From an uncultured delta proteobacterium (GTDB taxonomy: Bacteria > Myxococcota > Myxococcia > Myxococcales > Anaeromyxobacteraceae), in NCBI GenBank assembly GCA_963828255.1, contig CAWHDZ010000030.1:128001-192000 (forward strand): a stretch of 64,000 nucleotides of DNA, in the 5' to 3' direction. The position numbers and the translations under genes are program-made. The notes beneath the pieces were generated by a model, which saw nothing but the letters and a program-made list of their open reading frames with translations, made no database searches and was not told the DNA's origin. The first letter of the stretch is position 1; the number at the start of each line of letters is the position of its first letter. This document shows positions 53,713 to 61,362 of the stretch, piece by piece.

Positions 53713-54294
53713 CTAGAAGGAGACCTTCACCGGCTCCCGCTCGGCCGGGACCTCGACGGCGAAGGACTGGGCGGCCGGGAAGCCCCCGGCCAGGATCATC
53801 CCGGGGAAGGTCTCGCGGGAGTTGTTGTAGGCCATCACCGCGTCGTTGTAGGCCTGCCGGGCGAAGGAGATGCGGTTCTCGGTCGAGGAGAGCTCCTCCA
53901 TGAGCTGCGCCATGGTCTGGTTGGCCTTGAGGTCCGGGTAGGACTCGGCCACCGCGAGGAGGCGGGAGAGGGTGCCGGTGAGGGCGCCCTCGGCGCTCGA
54001 CAGGCCCTGCATGGCCTGTGGGTCGCCGGGGTTGGCGGCCGCGGCGCGCACCGCCGTGACCGCCGTGTTTCGGGCCGACACCACGGCCTCGAGCGTCTCG
54101 CGCTCGTGCTTGAGGTAGGCCTTGGCGGTCTCCACCAGGTTGGGGATGAGATCGTGGCGCCGCTTGAGCTGGACGTCGATCTGGCTGAAGGCGTTCTTGT
54201 AGGCGTTCCGGCCGGTGACGAGGCCGTTGTAGATGGAGATCACCGCGAACACGACCGCGGCGGCGATGCCCAGCAGCAGAAGGAAGGCGACCAT
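53713..54294 (-). CDS. lemA: LemA family protein
   Basis: YNGLV, QIDVQLKRRHDLIPNLVET, ESYPDLKAN, TENRISFARQAYN. Confidence 0.95.
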   Translation of the reverse strand: MVAFLLLLGIAAAVVFAVISIYNGLVTGRNAYKNAFSQIDVQLKRRHDLIPNLVETAKAYLKHERETLEAVVSARNTAVTAVRAAAANPGDPQAMQGLSSAEGALTGTLSRLLAVAESYPDLKANQTMAQLMEELSSTENRISFARQAYNDAVMAYNNSRETFPGMILAGGFPAAQSFAVEVPAEREPVKVSF

Positions 54295-54382
54295 GTGTCC
54301 CCCGGGGGCGCAGTCGGGATCCGCGCGCGGAGCAAGGATGGCACACCTGGAACCGGATGGGCCGGGATATCCTCCCCGGATC

Positions 54383-55282
54383 ATGAAGGAGCTCGCCGGA
54401 AGGACCGCAGTGATCACCGGGGCAGGGAGCGGCCTCGGCCTGGAGATGGCGCGCCGCGCCCACGCGCTGGGCATGCGCCTCGTCCTCGCCGACGTGGAGC
54501 CGGGACCCCTGGCCCGCATCGTCGGGGAGGTCCAGGCCGCCGGGGGATTCGCCTTGGGTGAACCGACCGACGTCGCCGACGACGCCCAGGTGGCCCGCCT
54601 CGCCGACCGCGCCTTCGCCGAGACCGGCGACGTGGGGCTGCTCGTCAACAACGCCGGCGTGGGAGGCGGCGGCTACGTCTGGGAGACCAGCGAGAAGGAG
54701 TGGCGCTGGGTGCTGGGCGTGAACGTGATGGGCGTGGTCCACGGGCTCCGCCGGTTCGTGCCCCGCATGCTCGAGGCCGAGGCGCGCGGCCGCACGTCAC
54801 ACGTCGTGAACACCGCCTCCATCGCCGGCTGGCTCGCCCCGCCCATGTTCGGCGTCTACAGCGTGTCCAAGCACGCGGTGGTGGCGCTCACCGAGACACT
54901 CTTCCACGACCTGCGGATGGCCGGGTCGGGGATGGGCGTCTCCCTGCTCTGCCCGGCCTTCGTGCCCACCGGAATCTCCCGCTCGGAGCGGAACCGCCCC
55001 GCCGACCTCTCCGACGCGGCGCCGGAGACGGCGTCCCAGGCCCGGGCCCGGGCGGCGGTGGAGAAGGCGGTGGCCGGCGGGAAGATCGGCGCCGCGGACG
55101 TGGCCCGGATGACCTTCGACGCGGTGGTGGAGGACCGGTTCTACGTCTTCACCCACCCGCAGATCCTGCCTTCGGTGCGGGCCCGCCACGAGGCTGCCCT
55201 CTCCGGGGGCCCGCCCGCCGATCCCTACGGCCAGCGCCCGGAGCGGCGACCCGGCGCGGCGCGGGAAACGCCCAAGGGCTAG
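54383..55282 (+). CDS. Short-chain dehydrogenase/reductase
   Basis: VITGAGSGLG, NNAGV, VNTAS, YSVSK (YxxxK). Confidence 0.93.
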   Translation: MKELAGRTAVITGAGSGLGLEMARRAHALGMRLVLADVEPGPLARIVGEVQAAGGFALGEPTDVADDAQVARLADRAFAETGDVGLLVNNAGVGGGGYVWETSEKEWRWVLGVNVMGVVHGLRRFVPRMLEAEARGRTSHVVNTASIAGWLAPPMFGVYSVSKHAVVALTETLFHDLRMAGSGMGVSLLCPAFVPTGISRSERNRPADLSDAAPETASQARARAAVEKAVAGGKIGAADVARMTFDAVVEDRFYVFTHPQILPSVRARHEAALSGGPPADPYGQRPERRPGAARETPKG

Positions 55283-55992
55283 CGTCCGGCCCGGGCCGCC
55301 CGCCCCGACTCCACCCACTCCCGCAGCACCCGCTCCATCTCCTGCGCGAAGACGAGGCGCACCGCCTCGAGCGCGATGGGGCGGAGCTGGCGCAGCGCGA
55401 CGCCGAGGGGAGGTGCGCGGCCGGCGGCGGCCCGGCGGGCCCGGCGGGCCAGGAAGGGCTCGGCCAGCTCCTCGGCGGTGCGGGAGAGCCGCTTGCGCAG
55501 CGTGCGCTGCAGGCCGGCCACCGCCTCGAGGTCGATCCCTGCGGCCTCGAGCCGGACGGCGAGCGCCAGCATGGCCACGCTGGGGACCAGGAAGTCGGCG
55601 CCCCGGCGGGTCACCAGGCCGTGGCGGACCAGGTCGGCGAGGCGGCCGGGCCTGAGCTCCCCCGCCAGCGCGGAGAGCTCCTCCGTATTCACGATCCGTG
55701 ACTGGTCCTCGGCCCATGGCTCCCGCAGCCGGTCCTCCAGGCCCAGCCACTCCTCCAGGCGGGTCTCGCCCCGCTCGACGCGACCGAGCAGCTCCTGGAT
55801 CGCCTTGATCTTGAGGCCGCGGTCCTGGAGCTGCGCGATCCGCCGGAGCCGCTCGACGTGTCCGGGGCCGTAGTGGGCGACGCGGCCGCGCATCTCCGGC
55901 CGGGGCAAGAGCCCCTTGGTCTGGTAGAAGCGCACGGTGCGGCTGGGGATCCCGGCCTCGCGGGCCAGGTCGTCGATGGTGAGGTCGCTCAC
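55279..55992 (-). CDS. MerR-family transcriptional regulator
   Basis: GTG at 55992; LTIDDLAREAGIPSRTVRFYQTKGLLP...HVERLRRIAQLQDRG. Confidence 0.9.
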   Translation of the reverse strand: MSDLTIDDLAREAGIPSRTVRFYQTKGLLPRPEMRGRVAHYGPGHVERLRRIAQLQDRGLKIKAIQELLGRVERGETRLEEWLGLEDRLREPWAEDQSRIVNTEELSALAGELRPGRLADLVRHGLVTRRGADFLVPSVAMLALAVRLEAAGIDLEAVAGLQRTLRKRLSRTAEELAEPFLARRARRAAAGRAPPLGVALRQLRPIALEAVRLVFAQEMERVLREWVESGRAARAGR

Positions 55993-56648
55993 CGGGCCAC
56001 CGGGAGGACGAGCAGCACCACCGCCAGGAAGTGGCAGGTGCTCCCCCCGAGGACGAAGCCGTGCCACACCGCGTGGGCGTAGCGGACCCGCTTCATCACG
56101 TAGAAGACGGTCCCGAGGGAGTAGAGAAGCCCCCCGGCCACGAGCAGGGGGAGCGCACCGGGCGGGAGCGCGTCCACGAGCCGTCGCCCGGCCAGCACCA
56201 CCATCCAGCCCATGGCCAGGTAGACCACCGCCGAGACCCACTTCGGGCGGTAGACCCAGAAGGCCTCCATGCCCACGCCGGCGAGGGCGAGCACCCACAC
56301 CGCGGCGAAGAGCCCCCAGCCCACGGGCCCGCGCAGCGCCAGCAGGGTGAAGGGGGTGTAGCTCCCGGCGATGAGCAGGTAGATGCTGGCGTGGTCGAGG
56401 ACCTTGGCGACGTGGCGCGCCCGGGGGGACGAGGAGGCGTGGTAGGCCGTCGAGGCCGTGTAGAGGAGGATCATCGTGGCCCCGAAGATGGCGGTGCTGG
56501 CGACGTGCCAGGCGTCCCCGAACCAGGTCGAGAAGACCAGCAGGACGGCCAGCCCGGCGCCGCTGGCGATGGCGCCCAGGCCGTGGGTGGCCACGTTGGC
56601 GGCCTCCTCGCCGGGGGAGTAGGGGGAGATCTCCGGGTGGCGCAGCAT
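55989..56648 (-). CDS. Hemolysin III / PAQR-family membrane protein
   Basis: EEAANVATHG, STAYH, LDHASIYLLIAGSYTP, HAVWHGFVLGG. Confidence 0.93.
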   Translation of the reverse strand: MLRHPEISPYSPGEEAANVATHGLGAIASGAGLAVLLVFSTWFGDAWHVASTAIFGATMILLYTASTAYHASSSPRARHVAKVLDHASIYLLIAGSYTPFTLLALRGPVGWGLFAAVWVLALAGVGMEAFWVYRPKWVSAVVYLAMGWMVVLAGRRLVDALPPGALPLLVAGGLLYSLGTVFYVMKRVRYAHAVWHGFVLGGSTCHFLAVVLLVLPVAR

Positions 56649-56652
56649 ATGA

Positions 56653-56688
56653 TGTGACACCTATAACCGTTACACCAAACGATGTCAA
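56653..56688 (-). promoter_or_regulatory. Candidate sigma70-type promoter with overlapping inverted repeat for the hemolysin III-MerR operon
   Basis: Minus strand TTGACA (56688-56683), 17 nt, TATAGG; imperfect inverted repeat TGTGAC(56653)-N10-GTTACA(56674). Confidence 0.55.
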
Positions 56689-56739
56689 TACGGACGGACC
56701 GGGAAGCAATCCTGCCGCACCGCGTTATGATCCTCCGCG

Positions 56740-57894
56740 ATGCTGGAGATCCTCGAGACACCCGTGAAGCTGAGCCTGCCCCTCGGGCAGCACCCGCACT
56801 GCCTGCTGGCCCAGATCCCCGACCACCTGGTGCGCGGCGACCTGGGCTACGTGGTGCCCGGGCCGGAGGAGCAGTGGGCGCGGGTCCGGTCGGTGCTGGA
56901 CCTGGTGACCGAGGGGAACGGCGGCTTTCGCAAGCTCCACTTCCTGGTCTTCCCCGAGGGCTGCCTGCCGCTCTCCCACCTCGACGACATGCTGGGCGCC
57001 ATCGAGCGGCAGATCCAGGCCAGCACGGTGACCATGTTCGGCCTCGAGCACGTCCCGCTCGAGACCTTCCACGGGCTCCTGATGCGCTTCCGCGACGACA
57101 ACGCCCGGGCGCTCGCGCTGGTGGAGGAGGACCTGGAGTCGGGGAGCGACCCGGCCATGCCGGTGAACCTCTCCTGCGTGGTGGTCCGGGAGGACGACGG
57201 AAAGGTCCGGGTCTTCCTCCAGGCCAAGGGGCACCCCTTTCACGGGGAGGAATACCTGGACAAGAGCCACGACCTCTACCGGGGGCGGATCGTCCACCAC
57301 TTCCGCGGGACGTCGTCCTTCAACTTCATGGTCCTCATCTGCCTCGACTACCTGTACCGGGACCTCTTCTCCTCGAACATCCGGCGCATCGTGGACCACG
57401 CCAACCAGAACTTCTTCCGGACCCGCCAGGGCCTGGACGCACTCTTCGTCATCCAGGCCAACCCCAAGCCGGAGCACCGGGCCTACCGGGAGGTGCTCTC
57501 CGGCTTCTACGGGGAGTACCTGGAGGACACCCCGGGGGTGCGCGACACCGTGACCGTCTTCGGGAACTGCTCCGACGAGAGCCACATCGAGGGCGGCGAG
57601 GGGCACGGCGCCTACGGCGTGTCGTCGGCGGTGATCGGCCCCCGGCACAACCTCGTGAGCGTGGCGCTGTCCGAGTTCTCCACCGACGACTTCGGCGGAG
57701 CCCCGCTGTGCCGGCTGCGCTTCGGCACCGCCACGCGCCTCTACTACTTCAACCTCCCGCTCCACCACGAGCTCGACCCGCGGTCGTCCCGGCTGCCCCT
57801 CAAGGTGCACGGCATCTACTGCCCGACGCCGGAGGGAGGGTGGCGGAAGATCTCGGGCGACGAGATGGTGCAGGGGGTGGGCGCGGCCGGGTAG
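56740..57894 (+). CDS. Hypothetical protein with carbon-nitrogen hydrolase (nitrilase)-like motifs
   Basis: FLVFPE, QAKGHPF and VLICLD occur in the Glu-Lys-Cys order; strong coding bias. Confidence 0.65.
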   Translation: MLEILETPVKLSLPLGQHPHCLLAQIPDHLVRGDLGYVVPGPEEQWARVRSVLDLVTEGNGGFRKLHFLVFPEGCLPLSHLDDMLGAIERQIQASTVTMFGLEHVPLETFHGLLMRFRDDNARALALVEEDLESGSDPAMPVNLSCVVVREDDGKVRVFLQAKGHPFHGEEYLDKSHDLYRGRIVHHFRGTSSFNFMVLICLDYLYRDLFSSNIRRIVDHANQNFFRTRQGLDALFVIQANPKPEHRAYREVLSGFYGEYLEDTPGVRDTVTVFGNCSDESHIEGGEGHGAYGVSSAVIGPRHNLVSVALSEFSTDDFGGAPLCRLRFGTATRLYYFNLPLHHELDPRSSRLPLKVHGIYCPTPEGGWRKISGDEMVQGVGAAG

Positions 57895-57943
57895 GCCGTC
57901 GGCCCCTGTGCCGCGGCCGCGCCTTGGTCTACAAGTGCTGCTC

Positions 57944-59045
57944 GTGACCCGCGAGCCCTACATCCTGCGCCAGCGGTCGGAGCACGGCCGCAAGTCCGTC
58001 GCGGTCCTCCCGGTCCACTACCCGAAGGAGCTCCTCACCGCGCTCGACCTGCTCGCCGTCGAGGTCTGGGGACCGCCGGGCGCGCCGCGCGGGGACGACG
58101 CCGGTCGCGATCCAGACCTACGTCTGCGCGGTGGTGCGCAACGCCCTCGGGTTCCTGGCCTCGGGCGGCGCGGACATGGTGGACGCGGCGCTCTTCCCCC
58201 ACACCTGCGACTCGATCCAGCAGCTCGCCACGCTGGCCCCGGACTTCGGGGGCTGGAAGAAGCCTTCGATCACCTTTCTCCACCCCAAGGATCCCGGCCG
58301 CCCCAGCGCCCGTACCTTCGCGCTGGCCGAGCTTCACGCCCTGGCCGGGAAGCTCGAGGCCGTGGCGGGAAGGAAGCTCGAGCCCGACCGGCTCGCCGCC
58401 GCCATCCGGCTCCACCGCGAGATCGACGCCTGCCGCGCGGCACTGCTCGACGGGCGCGCCTCGTTGCCCCTCGACGACCGCGAGCTCTACGCGCTGCTGC
58501 GGCGCGGCGAGTGGCTCTGGCCCGAGGAGCACCTCTCCGAGCTCCGCGACGCCCGGGCGCGCCTCGGGACGGGGAAGCCGCAGGCGGGAGTCCCGGTGCT
58601 CGTGACCGGCTACGTGCCCGAGCCGGCGGCGTTGCTCGGGATCCTGAACGGCGCCGGCGCCTTCGTGGCCGCCGACGACTACGCCGCGGTGGGGCGCCGT
58701 CTGGTGCGCGAGGCCGATCTTCCCGTCGCCGACCCCTGGGCGGCGCTCCTCGACAGGTACCTCGCGGCGCCTCCCTGCCCGACCCGGTCGGCCGACCAGG
58801 GCGCCCGGATGCGCCACCTCGAGACCCTGCTCGACCGCAGCGGTTCACGCGGAGTGGTCATCCACGTGGTGAAGTTCTGCGAGCCCGAGCTCTTCGACGT
58901 CCCGGCCATCCGCCGCACCTTCGCGTCCCGCGGCGTCCCGGTGCTCCACCTGGAGGGCGAGCTGGAGCGGCAGCTCTCCGGTCAGGTGGAGACCCGCATC
59001 GAGGCGTTCGCCGAGATGATCTCCGGCCCGGGAGGTGCGGCGTGA
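57944..59045 (+). CDS. 2-hydroxyacyl-CoA dehydratase/BCR-family subunit, single frameshift near 58109
   Basis: HYPKELL...EVWG in one frame; IQTYVCAVVRN, FPHTCDSIQ, VKFCEPELFD, TRIEAFAE in the next. Confidence 0.85.
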
Positions 59046-60355
59046 TCCTGCGGCGCGCGCAGTACGAGCTGGCGCATCGCGCGGTGGGCCCCTTCCTGGC
59101 CGCGCTCGACGACTGGCAGCGGCGGCGCACGAAGCGACCGGCCCGGGAGAGCCCGTTCGCCCCCCCGCTCGAGTCGCTCCACGCCCTCAAGAGCTTGATG
59201 ATGAAGCACTACTTCGAGGGGCGGTACGCCGACGGCGCCGTTCCCGTGGCCTGGGTGACGAGCGGGTTCCCGGTGGAGTTCCTGCGGACCCTGGGATTCC
59301 ACACCGTCTACCCCGAGAACCACGCGGCCATCTGCGGGGTGGGCCGGCTCGTCCCGGCGCTCTCCGATGCGGTGGAGGCGGAAGGCTATTCGCGCGACCT
59401 GTGCAGCTACGTCCGCTCCGATCTCGGCTCGATCGCCACCGGCAAGTCGCCGGTGGGGCGGCTCCCACGCCCCGACCTGCTCGCCTGCTGCACGAACATC
59501 TGCCAGACGGTCCTCTACTGGTACCGGGACCTGGCCCGCCACTTCGGGGTTCCGCTCGTCCTCGTCGACACCCCGTTCGTCTACGGCGAGCCGTCCGCCC
59601 ACCAGACGCAGTACGTGGTCGACCAGCTCGAGGAGGGCATCGCCATCGCCGAGCGGGTGGCGCGTCGGCCGCTCGACCGGGAGAAGCTCTCCGAGACGGC
59701 GCGCCTCTCCCGCGAGGGGAGCGAGCTCTGGGGACAGTGCCTGGAGACCGCCCGGACCCGCCCCGCTCCCTGGACCGGCGTGGACGGATTCTTCCACCTG
59801 GGACCGGTCGTGGCGCTGCGCGGTTCCGAGGAGTGCAACGCCTACTACCGGGTTCTGCTCGACGAGCTGCGCGACCGGGTGGCGAAGGGAATCGGGGGGC
59901 TCAAGGGCGAGGAGAAGCACCGCCTCCTGTGGGACAACCTGCCCATCTGGTACGCGACCCGCGAGATCACGACGCTGCTCGGGAGCCAGGGCTTCAACTT
60001 CGTCTGCACGACCTACACGAACGCCTGGGCGGAGGCCTCGAGCGGCATCGACCCGGCCGATCCGGTTCGCTCGGCGGCCACCACCTACTCGCAGATCATG
60101 CTGAACCGCGATCTCCCCAACAAGCTCCGGCTGATCTCGCAGATGGCGCGGAAGTTCGAGGCCGACGGGGCGGTCCTCCACAGCGACCGCTCCTGCAAGC
60201 CCTACTCGATCGGGCAGATCGACCTGAAGGACAGGCTTTCGAGCGACCTGGGGATCAAGGCGCTGCTCCTCGAGGCCGACCACAACGACCCCCGCTCCTG
60301 GGCCAGCGAGCTCTCCCAGAACCGGCTCGGCGCCTTCATGGAGAGCTTCGGATGA
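59042..60355 (+). CDS. 2-hydroxyacyl-CoA dehydratase/BCR-family subunit
   Basis: YPENH, GYSRDLCSY, CTNIC, RSCKPYS, RLGAFME; GTGA overlap with the upstream gene. Confidence 0.9.
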   Translation: MILRRAQYELAHRAVGPFLAALDDWQRRRTKRPARESPFAPPLESLHALKSLMMKHYFEGRYADGAVPVAWVTSGFPVEFLRTLGFHTVYPENHAAICGVGRLVPALSDAVEAEGYSRDLCSYVRSDLGSIATGKSPVGRLPRPDLLACCTNICQTVLYWYRDLARHFGVPLVLVDTPFVYGEPSAHQTQYVVDQLEEGIAIAERVARRPLDREKLSETARLSREGSELWGQCLETARTRPAPWTGVDGFFHLGPVVALRGSEECNAYYRVLLDELRDRVAKGIGGLKGEEKHRLLWDNLPIWYATREITTLLGSQGFNFVCTTYTNAWAEASSGIDPADPVRSAATTYSQIMLNRDLPNKLRLISQMARKFEADGAVLHSDRSCKPYSIGQIDLKDRLSSDLGIKALLLEADHNDPRSWASELSQNRLGAFMESFG

Positions 60356-61119
60356 GCGGGGCCGCGGCAGTCGGCGTGGACGTCGGTTCGACCACCTGCA
60401 AGGTGGTCGCCATCGACGGCGCGGGAGCCATCGTCGCCCGGCGCGTCGAGTCGACCGATCCGCGGATCGAGCGGCAGGTGGAGCGGCTCCTGGGGGAGCT
60501 GCTCGGCGAGGCGGGGCGCGGGCTTCCGGTCGGCGCCACCGGGTACGGCCGCAAGCGGGTTCCCGGCGCCCGGGCCCTCACCGAGATCACCTGCCACGCG
60601 CGCGGCGCGTTCGCGCGGGCCGGCCGGGCGGCCGTGCTCGTGGACATGGGTGGCCAGGACACCAAGGTGATCCGCATCGGCGCCGCGGGGGACGTGGTGG
60701 ACTTCGCCATGAACGACAAGTGCGCCGCAGGCACGGGTCGGTTCCTCGAGGTGGTGCTGGGACGGCTTCACGTTCCGTTCGAGGGGCTCGCCGAGATGGT
60801 GGCCGCCGCGCCGCGCGCCGTCCCGGTCTCGAGCACGTGCACCGTCTTCGCCGAGAGCGAGGTCATCTCGCTCGTCGCCGCCGACGAGCCCGTCGAGGGG
60901 ATCGTGAAGGGGCTGCACGTCGCGCTGGCCTCCCGGGTGGCGTCGCTGGCCAGGGGTTCGCTCGGCGGTGAGGAAGTCCTCATGAGCGGTGGGGTGGCGC
61001 TGAACGGCGCCATGGTTGCGGCGCTGCGGGACGCCCTGGGCAGGCCCATACGGGTGCTGCCCGAGCCGCAGCTCACCGGGGCGCTGGGGGCTGCGCTGTC
61101 GGTGCTCCCTGGTCGGTGA
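60352..61119 (+). CDS. CoA-substrate-specific enzyme activase (HgdC-like ASKHA ATPase)
   Basis: GVDVGSTTCK, ATGYGR, EITCHARG, DMGGQDTK, MNDKCAAGTGRFLE, STCTVFAESE. Confidence 0.93.
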   Translation: MSGAAAVGVDVGSTTCKVVAIDGAGAIVARRVESTDPRIERQVERLLGELLGEAGRGLPVGATGYGRKRVPGARALTEITCHARGAFARAGRAAVLVDMGGQDTKVIRIGAAGDVVDFAMNDKCAAGTGRFLEVVLGRLHVPFEGLAEMVAAAPRAVPVSSTCTVFAESEVISLVAADEPVEGIVKGLHVALASRVASLARGSLGGEEVLMSGGVALNGAMVAALRDALGRPIRVLPEPQLTGALGAALSVLPGR

Positions 61120-61362
61120 CGCGGGCCGGGGCGGGGCCGCTGCGAACGCTCCGCATCATCTGGCATGCCAGGATTTGCGTGAAAATGTGTCAAGTTAAAT
61201 CAATAAAATCATACATGTAAGCGATTTCTCGAAATCTCTCATCACGCTTGCGCCGGTGCTTGACTGCCTACACGGACTTCTGTCCGTATGCGTCAATGTC
61301 ACATGAATATGTGTCGTTGGTTCATGGGACATTTTCAGTCAGCCCAAACCAGGAGCGTGCAA

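Noticed and set aside
61161..61180. Possible sigma54 promoter (TGGCA...TTGC)
   Set aside because: The GG-to-GC spacing is 13 nt rather than the required 10.
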